From Cyanidioschyzon merolae (lineage: Eukaryota), in assembly GCA_000091205.1 (NCBI GenBank), contig AP006493.2: DNA of 64,000 bases; one strand, 5' to 3'. A model generated the notes under the pieces. It worked only from the letters and a program-made list of their open reading frames with translations. It did no database searches and had not been told where the DNA came from. Shown piece by piece: positions 11,079-22,675 of the stretch. Position 1 is the stretch's first letter. Each line of letters starts with the position of its first letter. The translations under genes were made by a program, and so were the position numbers.

Positions 11079-14000
11079 AACATACCGACAGATATCGTTG
11101 GGCTTCAGCAAGCCCGCGGATTGGCGGCTCGATGGCACCGAACGCAGCCTCGTAAGAAATGTGCCAGGCTGATTGGCCACCAGGGCACTGATCGTGTTCT
11201 TGATTCCTGATCGTTGTCGAGGATAGATTATAGAGGAACTCCAGATGCTTTTTATGTTCATACAGCGGTCTTGAGTGCCCTTTCAGTCTAGTCCGTGCAA
11301 GCGGATACTTGAGCTTTCGAAGCACCGCCACAAGCGCTAACTGACACACGCGCTACCCGCGGCACATGCCTTACCTCTCGCGGAACTTGATACGATTACT
11401 CCAATGGACTGCTTTGGCAGTGTTCACGAGAACTTTGGATTGGCTTTGAATTGGGTTAGAGCACGGCAGCGTGGAGAGCGCACGCGGAATCCCCGAAACT
11501 CACGGATGTCAATGTCCTGGCTAGTCGTTTATATGTACGTCGCATTCGCCCCGAGATACGGATTCGCGCGCCACTGATGCTTGCTGGTCACGTCGTTCTT
11601 TCGACGGATATTAACCTTGTTCCAATGAAATGCGCCTGCGCGAATCGGCGAGATCCAGGTTGCCACCAACGATTACGGAACGCAATGTGCTGATATCCCA
11701 GCTCTGGAATGCCAGGCATGGTTCGGCTTGTATGTAGAATCTACGGGAGATTAAGAAAGTTTTGGTAAAGCCCACGAAAGTGCTGCTGGAATCAAGCTCG
11801 CTGTCGCTCCTCCTTCCGAAAGTCATTCGCACTGGGTCCCGTTCTACGCAGCCTCACTGCAGTAGCTTCAGGTACCTCCTCACCCTAGGATCATTTGCGA
11901 ACCTTCTGTATTTATCTAGTACACGCTCTGCGGGTGAGTCACCTGAATCCAGATGCATTTCTGCATGGGAGTCGCCGTAGTCTGGCGACGCAACGAAGCG
12001 ACATCAGAATCCGACAGTGCATCTTGAGGCCACACATGCTCCAGTTGTCTGCGCACTGCGGTTCGTTCAATCGCTCAATGCCTTCCAGGTGTTGATAATA
12101 AACCGTCCGGATGACGCAGAGGAGACCGCACACATATCACTGAACAAAAGACCCCAATGTCTGAGTCTTCGCGTTGTGCTGAGTTGACGTGAGTGGCATA
12201 CGTTTTCGTGGGGTGAGTCGTCCTTTCTCTTTGCGCATTGCGCGCGTTTCGCAAAAACAGGACTAGTTCGCCTCTGTGTACACGGATTCCTTCACTTAAA
12301 CCCTTTCCAATCCATACATATTGTGAGAAATACTGGTGAGGAAGCGATACATCGAAGAGGTTCCGAACAGCTGATAATGACGGCGATAGACCCGGATGAA
12401 CAAAGAAACAAGCACGTTTCTTCGAGAGATCGTCACTCGTTCAACAGAACACGTCCAATCTCGTACTGATATCCAAAACTTGTTGCGACACAGACTTGTG
12501 TTTTTGTCTCTTGATCAAATTTCGTTCCCATCAAACTGTATCCCTGTATATTGGCACTCGAACACAAAAACACTACTGTTCCTAAAGAAGAGACAAGGGA
12601 CCAAAACGACTGCAATTGCCCTGCAGGCCATTCAGTAGTGCGTTCGCCTACGATTTGCAATACGAACTAAATGTAAATATACATCGTGCTTCGTAGAAGC
12701 ACTTCGTGGCTTCTGATTTCCACATTCTTCTGACCTGCACGTAGACCGTGCCACTTTCCGTCACTCTCAAGCGGGCAAGGAGCGCGCTGCAGCGATTGGC
12801 GTTGAGCGGCTCTTGGTGCCAGGCTACTACCCCTGGTTCCGTCGACTCAAATGCGTCTTCTCGCGAGTGAAAGGAAACATCGAAGCGCATGGATCCATCG
12901 AAGGGTCGTTTGAATCCACGACACCCAAAGATGCACGACGCCATGAAGAATCGCGTAGCGTCTTTCTCATGGAAGGCGCATATGGCTTATCTCTCCCCAG
13001 CGTGCATCAGTATGCAACAGTTCGTTGGAGAGTTCCGGACGCTGGGATGCTATCTGTCTCAATTCGTCTGGAATTTTTCGACGAAGCATTTTTGCTAAAA
13101 TATGACGGGTGCTCGGGACGGAAGATACAATACGGGCCGAGCAGAGGATCAGATATTCGCTTCAAACGCTCACCAGGGGGTTGCGACGCGTCGCCGTGCC
13201 GTGTTGGCGATCGGGGTATCGAAAGCGCAGGCCCCGGAAACTCTCATACCAACATTTTTGACCAAAAGCATACGTGGGTCAATGCCGAGTGCTTCATGGA
13301 ACGTACCCATGGGCGTCCTTTGCGTATCCTGCTGAGCGTGATCAGGGAGAACTGATGACTGGGATTTCCGGCTGTCTCGATGGACGCAAATGACAAGCTG
13401 GTGGCGGCAGTGATCGATGCGGTAGCACGTGCGGAAGCGACATCGCAAAGACAGCAAGAGTCTCCCGAGGTATTCCATGCGTATTGTCTGGAGCTCGGCC
13501 TCGGACCGACGGACGTCGTATCCAGGGGATTGTTGGGAGGCCATGCTGCGTTCTTTACGCCTTGCGCCATTTTGTGTGCCTTGACGGAGACCGGCATAGC
13601 ATAGCAGACTCGTTGCTCGAACGCAAGCGCCCAAGCCTTGTCACGCGTCTATCGATATATAGTTCCCATGTATCAAACCGAGGCCCGTTGGATCATAGGA
13701 GGCATGTGTATGGTGTAGGTACTCCCCACTGAGGCTCGATTGGTCTTTGCGAGCGAGCACAAAGCTTTCGTGCAACATCGCGGAGACCATTAGCTGAGCT
13801 CATGCACAGTTTCTCGCTTCCGCGGACGAAATGGAAAGAACTTGACGAGGGCCATGGAGACCGACGGAATACGAGTCTGCGCGTACTTCGTGAGATTCGG
13901 TAAATCTAGTCCAGATGCGAGCAACGAGACTCGTCCTCAACTGCGCAATGTCGACGAAGAGAAGGACTTTATGTAGAGCGTGGATCCCATGCTCAGGGGG

Positions 14001-15394
14001 GTCGTGGCTCTCGCCATGACTGTTAAGCAAGCGGAGGATGCCGAATACCTGAAAGAAAAGGTAACGAAGCTGTTTTCGTTCCCCAGGGATCGATACGGTC
14101 TTGCGTCAACCCTGACAGACACCTGGATGCATACCAATACATGAAACGACGGAATCAAGAGCAATCTCGACGTTCCGGGCATCGTATCGAGCTGAAGCAG
14201 ACCCTCCGTGCGCTTCTTTCAGAGAGTACGCCATACCAAAAACGGCTCGCACGCATGTTCTTTTAGTAGAAGTACGTGAGACTCTGTTGGGGTTACTTAA
14301 CGTCTTGGTTGTACGAAGGCAAGAAGTGTATATTCGCAAACTTGCTCAAAGAGCTGGAAGAGGAAATGATCGGTTCATTGCGTTATCTGTTGGTCGCCTT
14401 TGGCGCTAGAGGTGCTGTAGCGTGCACGGGTCGGGTTCCTGCTTTTATAGAGAAGGTCGTCGAACGAGTGCAGGAATCGATTCTGTGCCATTCTCGTGGA
14501 TGCCTCTAGGACGATGTACGCGGATCACGAGCGGAAACTTGCGATGGAAATTGGTACAGGAGCAAGTGCGAAACAGAGACGGATGGACGAGACGGCGTGC
14601 GTGACGCTCTCCGTACGCCAGATGGCGATGCAATCCAATGGAGGCGGCTTGCTGTGACGTGACTCCACTAGCACTGACGCGCATGTGCACGCCTTGCATC
14701 GAGGCCTGACCGCAGTCATCGAATTCCCGGCAATAATTCGTGCCTCAGGAGCGTCCATCAGCTTTTTCTCTAGCAAACTTTCGAGATAATCGTTTAGCAC
14801 TTCGTGCGGGCAGTGAAATGAAACATTACAGGTTTTTGATGGAAAACCAGTGACCCTGAGAGAGCGATCTGATTCTTGCCTGGAGCAAAGCACTGGTATG
14901 GTACTGGTCAGCAATCTGGCAAGGCTGGAACGCAGTATACATACACAGAGAACTGTTTTTCTGTGCAAATGTCGATCGTTAACAGTTTCCCGTTATTCAA
15001 TATCACTAGGTATATTCGATAAAAAAGGGATCACCGTTCAAAAAAGCGAGGATTTCCCGCAAACATTCCTCGGCTGCAAATTGCATGGGCAGCACATGAA
15101 CTGCATCCGATACATGCAGACCGGCCATCTGAGCGATGTACACGTTGTCTATGCGGGCGTATCGAAGATCGAGCGCACGCATCAACCATTTGAGCAAGTT
15201 TACCACCAGGACGCCGTGATCTCGTTCATGCAAACAAGACGGACCAGACGCACGCCGACCGGCCTCCTCCGCGATCCCCTCGTTCATGCGTCTGCACGTC
15301 GCGGCTGAGAAGATCTCATAGACTACGACCGAGCAAAACCCCGTGTCACCTGAGATCAACAGTCGCGCGTCTGGACGTCCCGGTTGATGCGACC

Positions 15395-16741
15395 TCACCG
15401 GGTACGATCGAAAGAGTCCAAGAGGGTGCCGCGACGTGGGTCCAGCGCGTTGAGCGCGGCCTCGTGACAAACGTCACCGGTGCCTGCGCTCCGCGGCGGC
15501 GTGAAGGATGCCTCCGATTGATGCTTGCCGCCACCAAACTCCGATGCGGTACCGTTCGGCACCTCCGATCCTACATGCTTGCCATCAGATACAATTTCGT
15601 ACGTGAAGAGGGAACCCCACTCCATCCGACACGCATCGATCACCTCGCGTTGATCGCGGATGCGCACGCGACGTCCAGCGCGAGCAATGCGTGCGGCGAC
15701 GGCGAGTTTCTGGCTCTCCTCGATAATCGGGACAGCGCATGGATGCTTGTAGGTGACGCCTTCAAACGTATATTCTGGAAGGTTCTTCGCTAACAACGCC
15801 TCAGCCATATAGGTAGCATGCTTTTCATTGTAGGTATCTGTTGCACGACTCATCATGGGATCAATACCAACAGAAGCAGCGTAGCCGCCAAATGCTCGAT
15901 TATCGCGCGGGAAACAGGGTCCACCGAAGCCGTAGCCAGGCAGCAGGCACTTGGACCCGACACGTGAGTCCGCGCCGACGCTCGCCAAGATTGCGTATTT
16001 GTCTGCATTTGGTGTGCGATCCGCGACGTCGCCAATAAAATTCGCAAAGCTGATTTTCATGGTGATGAAACAGTTCAGAGCGAGCTTCGCAATTTCCGCG
16101 GATTCCGGTGACATCCTGTGCACGGTGATCTGGTCTGGGTTCCGCACAAAGGATCGCCAAAGACGCTCGAGCAGGTCTCCGCCATACGTACTGCTTTCAC
16201 CAATGAGAACCGTATCGGGCAGCTCGAGACCTTCGATGATGTTGCCTTGTTGAATAAACTCAGGATTGTATTGTAGTTGGACGTTTTCGCAGTCCCCTAA
16301 CAGTGCACGCCCAATATTTGCTATGTATCCCGGCATCACCGTGCAACATATGGTGATGATTTTATTGCGCGGCCGGCGAGTATTGATGTGCATCAAAACA
16401 CGCGAGAGCTGCGTGACGTCGTAGTGCCGGTCGCCGCCGGTGCTGGGCGTCGCAACCAGTACCAACAGATGATCGCTGAACTCTATCGCTTCATCCAACT
16501 CAGTCGTGGCTCGAAAGTTTCTAGCTGCCTTTAAGTACTCCATAACTTTGGGCTCGTTCGACTTGAGCGAACGCTCGTTGAGTGCCTCCACATACTGCGG
16601 CAAGACGTCGACCCCCAAGACGTGATAGCCGGCCCGTTCCGCGACAAGTGCCAAACAAAGACCAAGACGCCCGACTCCTATTAACGAAATATTCTTCTCT
16701 CGTGTGCTCGGACCGGACATATCTGCAGCAAACGGGTGCAC
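15395..16741 (-). CDS. nucleotide-sugar dehydrogenase, most likely UDP-glucose 6-dehydrogenase
   Basis: N-terminal Rossmann motif 'ISLIGVGRLGLCLALVAERAGYHVLGVDV' and catalytic Cys context 'GYGFGGPCFPRD' typical of the UDP-glucose/GDP-mannose dehydrogenase family. 448 aa, single exon. Confidence 0.7.
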   Translation of the reverse strand: MHPFAADMSGPSTREKNISLIGVGRLGLCLALVAERAGYHVLGVDVLPQYVEALNERSLKSNEPKVMEYLKAARNFRATTELDEAIEFSDHLLVLVATPSTGGDRHYDVTQLSRVLMHINTRRPRNKIITICCTVMPGYIANIGRALLGDCENVQLQYNPEFIQQGNIIEGLELPDTVLIGESSTYGGDLLERLWRSFVRNPDQITVHRMSPESAEIAKLALNCFITMKISFANFIGDVADRTPNADKYAILASVGADSRVGSKCLLPGYGFGGPCFPRDNRAFGGYAASVGIDPMMSRATDTYNEKHATYMAEALLAKNLPEYTFEGVTYKHPCAVPIIEESQKLAVAARIARAGRRVRIRDQREVIDACRMEWGSLFTYEIVSDGKHVGSEVPNGTASEFGGGKHQSEASFTPPRSAGTGDVCHEAALNALDPRRGTLLDSFDRTR

Positions 16742-17250
16742 CGCAAAACGTGCACGTTAAAATGATTAGTAGCGATTGCGACGTACAACCGTGGCCCATA
16801 CGAACTGTGAAAGCGCGCGCATCGATGCCTGCTACGCGCCGCGTTTGTTCACCGCATGGCCCTGGAGGCAAAGGTGTCATGCGGGCTGGATTGGATACCC
16901 GATGGCGAATTCGGCACCCGAACGTTCATAGGAACGATGCACTACCTCCAAAGGCAAGTCGGGGAGATGGATAATGAGACTCGCGGAATTTCCGCCATTC
17001 GTGGCGCCCTCATTAGATGCCAGACACAGTCGCACACGTTGAGGTCTCTGGATAGCCTCGACGATCCGACACGATGGAAAAAACGAGTCGCACATGGGGC
17101 GCTGGCGGCACCCTGGTGCCCTGGGCGGGAAACAGAGTGAAAGGGAGTCATGCTGGAGCGGCCCAGGTGAGAGGTATCAATGTGTCGTCCGCCATACCAC
17201 GGTATTTGTCGTGATTTTGACTTATTTACGCACAAGCACGTCACCATAAA

Positions 17251-18142
17251 TTAGAACAGGCCCACTAAACCAGGCGTGCGTGCTAACGTTTTTGTTCCTT
17301 TTGCGGGGTTATCAACAACGTGCTTTGTGGGAACGTTTTGCGACCGCTTCCTGTTCCCCCTCTCAAGGCCGGCTTTGTCTGCGGAAGCCGGTTTCTCCTT
17401 TCCCCCCAGTACCGTTGCTAGCAGTCTAATGATGTTGATTGGAGCGTTAAAGTCCCGATTTCGAGGGTTCCAGATCTTGCCTACGCGTCTGATGCACATG
17501 CGGAAGTTGCGATCTACACTTCGCTTGCCTTTTGCATCTGCTTTGAGCATGGACTCGGCGCGCACTGTGCAGCGCTGACGCTTGGCTGTGGTCCGGTGTT
17601 TTCATATATGCAATACACCATGTCCCTAGCCTCCTTCCTCAAGGGTCGCCTTGCAGCGCGTAAACCATTGCTTCATCCCTCGGTACATACCCTTGACTGG
17701 CACAGAAGGTTCGTGTGGATGCCTTGCACCGTTTCGTACCAGGCTCTGTTTCGTGTGTGATCACGCGCTTTCTCTGGGCGATATCTTCGGCGAGTACTCT
17801 GTCCGCAGCATGCGGAAGTGCATGCTGTTCCACTCGATAAAGGGCTTGAGGAAACCGATCTTGTCCATGACGAAACAAGGACCCGGAAAGAAAGTCCAGG
17901 CTCCAGAAAAAGTAGAGAAGATTCGATCCACCTTTACGCTCTTTGCTTGCAAAGCGATGACGAACTCTCCAACGGAAGCGAACGCTGCGATTACACAAGG
18001 CGGAGTCCAAGACCTTTCTGCACACAAACGGATGACACAGAAGCCACTGGAAGCATACCTGCGAGGCGCATCATGCTGCTGTCGGGTGCTGCTTTGTCGA
18101 TGCCTTGAAACAGGGAACGATTTGTCTTCCAAATGGCGTTGA
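17251..18142 (-). pseudogene. degenerate TnpB/Fanzor-like gene copy (F.EWNS block, RuvC-II-like and RuvC-III-like blocks in three different frames)
   Basis: Minus-strand ORFs, 5' to 3': 17761..18132 'FIEWNSMHFRMLRTEY'; 17639..18025 'ADRVLAEDIAQRKRVITHETEPG' (RuvC-II-like); 17251..17565 'CIRRVGKIWNPRNRDFNAPINIIRL' (RuvC-III RD.NA..NI). The frame changes between blocks indicate decay. Confidence 0.45.
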
Positions 18143-19059
18143 TTGTTTGACTTGCCAAATTAAGTGTGGTTGCGGCATGGGTTTGTGAACATCTCGTCAA
18201 GAGACGACGTCAATTTTATTTGCCCCGCCAATCCAGGGGCTCGAATTGCTGCGCCCGCGAGTTACAGTGAATTACAAACATGGGTAACTTGAAGAATGCG
18301 TTATTTGAGCGCGCGAGACGCGAGGAAAGGAGTAACGCGAAGGCTTGTACGTGTGAATCGGATACTGGTATTGGTCACCGTATGAAATCTTGTTCGAGGA
18401 CGTCGAAAATCGCCTCGATGCGGATGACGTACAGAATTCCATCGGGCGCGCGTCGAACGAACCGTTCCGAGCGGACGACCAAGCATCCGAACCCGACACG
18501 TGCATCCCTATGCACTCATTGCTTCAGTTGGCATGTAGAGGCTCCAAATTTATAAAAAAAAATTCCGAAAGATCGACTGCTAGGAACTGAGCGAGTAGCT
18601 GAGCGTTCCATTTGCGTCTCTCAGAAGACTGAAAGCATTGACAGCGCTCTGGATCCGTGGATAACCGTCATCGCCTGCGAGATGAAAGCAATGCATTCCT
18701 CCTTGCTGTGAGGTCGGACGCTCACAACGTCACTGGAGCGCCCCCTGAGCGGCCATGCGTGAGTTGCACGCATTTTTTCAGCTTTATTTGTGTCAGCGGA
18801 GTCGGCAGATACGCCCTCTGCAGGGACCTACACGGTTCGCCTTGTTTCCAGAGAAGAACTTTTACGATCTATACTGACTTGTAACGTTCGATAGCGCACA
18901 GAAAAGAGACTGGAATCATCGCGCAGCAGCTCCAGCGCAAACCTACGCTGTACCCGATGACGACCCAGGCAGATAGGCAAAGCACGTCACACACAAACGC
19001 AGCGGCAATCTAGAGCATGCCATCGCTGGCGCGCGTGTGGAGATTCTTCACGATCACTG

Positions 19060-19060
<1 letters not shown>

Positions 19061-19092
<32 letters not shown>
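19061..19092. repeat. (GGC)n trinucleotide microsatellite
   Basis: About 10 uninterrupted cggcgg units, visible directly, just upstream of the CCHC-protein gene. Confidence 0.9.
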
Positions 19093-19093
<1 letters not shown>

Positions 19094-19261
19094 AATTCCA
19101 GCGCAGGCGCAGCTGCAGCGCACCACGTTGCGACGCTAAATCATCCGTAGGATACCCGCGCCTACGGGGACACTGGCACCTCATCGAAGCGGATTCGCTC
19201 GATAATCTTCCTCTGTATAGGAGGGAGTTCTGATACGTGCAATGAGCTCAAACTCGCTTTT

Positions 19262-20641
19262 GTGTGGCGGCCTAAACCGCGATGTACAGAAGAAAGCCTC
19301 AACCAGCTGTTTGGCTCGTTCGGCGTTTGTCGGATCAACCTCTTTCCGACGTACGCGTTCATCGACTATGAAAGCCCGCAAGACGCGGAGGAGGCTTTTA
19401 ACCAAATAAATAGCGGTGGACCGCTTTCAAATTTAAACGGTTTACAGCTTCGTGTAGAATGGAGCAGACGCTCTCGCAAGGGATATGCCTCGACGGAGCA
19501 ACGCGCTGGTGAGGCGTCATCTGGCGCTGGCGCATCGGGTGGCTGCTTCGAGTGCGGATCTATGGACCATCGCGTGCGAGACTGCCCTGTACGTCAGGAG
19601 AAAGAGCGTTTGGGTGGTGGCGGTGCAGGCCGCGGAGCCGCTCGGTACGGCTCCGAAGGCAGGCGTCCACTAGAGGGCGGGCCCGGTCGGGCCGGCAGCG
19701 GTGGCGCTCGCGTTTGCTACAACTGTGGCGGCGTTGGACATACGTCGCGTGAGTGCCCCTCTGAGAGGGGTGTTCGCGGCAACATGGGAGATCGCGGGCC
19801 TGGCAGCTCTGGCCCGCGCGGGTATCCAAGTACTGGGCGCGGCGCGGAGACGCGCTCCTGCTTCAAGTGCGGTGAGAGCGGCCACCTTGCGCGCTTTTGC
19901 CCAACAACATCTGCTGCGGGGCCCGATGGAAACGCGTATGGCAGCAGAGGACGCCGTGAGAACTCGAGGCCTGATCGTCGCGATTGGGGCTCTGGTCATT
20001 ATCAAGAGCCGTACAGCCGTGACAGGGATTCTGACAGAGCGCAAAACGTGTCCGAGGGTGGCGCAGGCTTTGGAAACCGCAGAGGGCGCGAAGACGATCG
20101 TTACGACTTTGGCAATGAGCTAAATGAAGAGCAACAGACGTACGAGAATCGCAGGGAGCGACCGTTCCATTCCGAGGGCGTTGAAGAAGACGAGCACTAC
20201 AGTGAGCATTCGCATGACGAAGGCTACGGAGATTACGATGACGACAACGCGGGCTCGTCTGTAGGGCAAAAACGACGTCTCGCGGGCGATGCATATGACT
20301 CGGGACACCACGACGGAGGTTCTGATGCTTCGCATGGCGATGGTAACAGTGATGATGACGGCGATGATGGTTATCAGCGAGATAGTCCAGGCAGCTCTTA
20401 CGGTGCAGACGAAGACCATGACGGGCGCGCTCAAGTGAACGGCTCGTACAAGCGCTCTCGGCATGGAAACGAAGGGCGAGGCTCGGAGCGTCGTGAGGCG
20501 CCTTCTGACTATGCGCACAGCGACTGGAATTCGTTGACGCTGAAGGATCTCAAGGCAGAGGCCGAGAAACGGGGTATTGATACAACCGGAATGCGACTTA
20601 AAAAGGATTACGTAGAGGCGCTCGAAAACGCGGCAGCGTGA
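19262..20641 (+). CDS. RNA-binding protein with partial RRM, four CCHC zinc knuckles, acidic/RS-like low-complexity region and C-terminal SAP motif
   Basis: RNP1-like 'TYAFIDYE'. Knuckles 'CFECGSMDHRVRDC', 'CYNCGGVGHTSREC', 'CFKCGESGHLARFC'. C-terminal 'NSLTLKDLKAEAEKRGIDTTGMRLKKDYVEALE' fits SAP (LxxLKVxELRxELxxRGL). The RRM's N-terminal half (RNP2) is not in this ORF, so an upstream exon or alternative start is possible. Confidence 0.5.
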   Translation: MWRPKPRCTEESLNQLFGSFGVCRINLFPTYAFIDYESPQDAEEAFNQINSGGPLSNLNGLQLRVEWSRRSRKGYASTEQRAGEASSGAGASGGCFECGSMDHRVRDCPVRQEKERLGGGGAGRGAARYGSEGRRPLEGGPGRAGSGGARVCYNCGGVGHTSRECPSERGVRGNMGDRGPGSSGPRGYPSTGRGAETRSCFKCGESGHLARFCPTTSAAGPDGNAYGSRGRRENSRPDRRDWGSGHYQEPYSRDRDSDRAQNVSEGGAGFGNRRGREDDRYDFGNELNEEQQTYENRRERPFHSEGVEEDEHYSEHSHDEGYGDYDDDNAGSSVGQKRRLAGDAYDSGHHDGGSDASHGDGNSDDDGDDGYQRDSPGSSYGADEDHDGRAQVNGSYKRSRHGNEGRGSERREAPSDYAHSDWNSLTLKDLKAEAEKRGIDTTGMRLKKDYVEALENAAA

Positions 20642-20698
20642 TCGGGCTACGGAGCAGAGGCGTCTTACTTGACGAGTTCCTGCGAGAGATGGTAACCA

Positions 20699-20738
20699 GC
20701 TGCTGCTGCTGCTGCTGCTGCTGCTTCTGCTGCTGATG
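20699..20738. repeat. (GCT)n microsatellite in 3' flank of the CCHC gene
   Basis: gctgctgct... about 13 units, seen directly. Confidence 0.9.
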
Positions 20739-22675
20739 ATGGTAGCATTGTCCAATACGACAGTTGATATGCTCAGAATGTATGGACCGAATGGATGAAC
20801 CTTTATGATGAAGCGTTAGTGGCAAAGTTTAGAGTTTCTTTCAAGACTGCAAAGATTACTGAATGAGATTTCCGTGTTTCGCGACTTGCGTTTCAAACAA
20901 TATTCCATGTTCGTTCCAGCCTTGCGGTGGTGTCAGAGGCATTCACGTGCAATATAGAGTGAAAGCGGCACATTCCAGTCGGGGCGGCGATTTACGCGGC
21001 GGAGACTGTTAGGGCTCGGTACCGCAAAGAACGACCGCTTCACTGGCCTGTACGAAGACGCGACGTCTCTTGTGTTGTTCGCGGGAGCCGGGCATCGGCC
21101 CCGCACACGAATGGCCATCTGTCCAAGAGATCCCTCGGGAACCGTAACACGAACGCGTGCGACAGCGCAGAAACCTGGACCACGCTATCGAATGCTGCGT
21201 CTTGACGAAATGATCACTCAACCGAGCACACCGATCGATCCGTGGTTCTTCGTATGCAAAACCTTTGAATACTGCTCGATTTGCAATATGCCCCGCGGAA
21301 ACTGGTTGTGTTGAACGAATGATCTCAGCGATTTGGATGAGCATGCCCGCGGCCTCGGCTTCAATGGCGTGCCCGGTTCCCGATAAACTTAGCTTTACGG
21401 AATACCGTGACTGTTTCTTGGGAACTGGAAAAGATACATAGATGCACGGGGCGTTATCGTGTTGTGCTGGACGCTGACATGCATGCGAACTGGCGGTGGC
21501 ATCTCGCGGGCGCAGTGGATGGGTGGACCGACGGACGTCGGCCACACGATGCGGAACCGTTCATCAGCATCGATGCATCCGACGCACGGGACCTATCAAT
21601 GTGAGACGCCGTGTTTCATCCGTTTCGATTGGCGTTTCGTACGGAACAGAACTTTTACAGTTTCAGAAGTGAGAAGGCGCCGTATTCGCAGATCCGATGG
21701 ACTTGACGTGCGTTGCTCCAAGGTATCGGCGCGACTGCAGCTGCGCCTATACCTCATTTTTCATGCACAACAACCGAGCAACTGCAGCTCGCACGAGCGA
21801 TGGTCACGCTTTGCCCTTCGGAGGCAGTCGTCTGGAACGGCAACAGAGATTCGAGGTCTCCTGCCTTGACCATACTCTGTACTCGAACATGCCCCTGTCG
21901 ATGCCGTGTTCATCATGGCCCTGGGCGATCAGTTCGCGTTCCTGCGCTCGTGTCGATCAAGTTTTGTAAAGATTTGATCACGGTATTGACGGCGACATGG
22001 CGCCACACATCGAAACCAAACACTCTGTTTACACCAGCGCAAACACCATTCCCAAGCGTGATCGGATACGAACGTTCGAGGAGCTGCGAGACGACCTCCG
22101 CCCCATGTTAAGAATCATGAGCTTCTACTTCCTGGCACCTATACAACGAAATCCTCCGGCATTGAACTCAAGAAGCGTGCTCGGGTTTCCCGCGCATTTC
22201 GCACGCACGCTTGCAATCGAGCATACGTGTCCGATGCGTGTACGCGCATGCACGCATCGACCGGCGTTGCAGCGGGCGGAACGCATTGAGCGGTGCTCTA
22301 CCTGGCGTTATCCCGCTTCATCCGCAAATGACGGGGCTCGGATTCGCTTGCTCGGCATTCCAGCGGAGAGGATTCGATTTCGAACATGAATCGAGTTTCT
22401 TGGACGCCAATATGCATGCTCGCGGGACCAGGGTCGCCTGTTGACCACTCCATGCAACCATACGATGGAATGTATCGCCGCAGGACAAGCTGGAACGGCC
22501 TGCAAGCTCCGCATGCGCAACCTCGACAGCAACGGGGATCTGAACGGCACCAAGAGTTCGCTTGGATGTAGCTGAGCAGCTGTTCCATAGGCACTGAGCG
22601 TTCTGACGCGTGGTTTCACATAAAACCGGGCCTATAGGCTCGTAGAGGGATAATCAGCCACTGGTTCCATTGACG

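Noticed and set aside
15006-15470. 154-aa minus-strand ORF overlapping the 3' end of the UGDH gene ('LLISGDTGF...')
   Set aside because: It overlaps the UGDH C-terminus in another frame, and I could not match it to any family. Weak resemblance to phosphoesterase motifs is not supported by order or spacing.
20120-20755. 211-aa minus-strand ORF
   Set aside because: Entirely antisense to the CCHC/SAP gene and rich in Ser/Arg/Val runs produced by the sense strand's Gly/Asp codons, so a mirror ORF.
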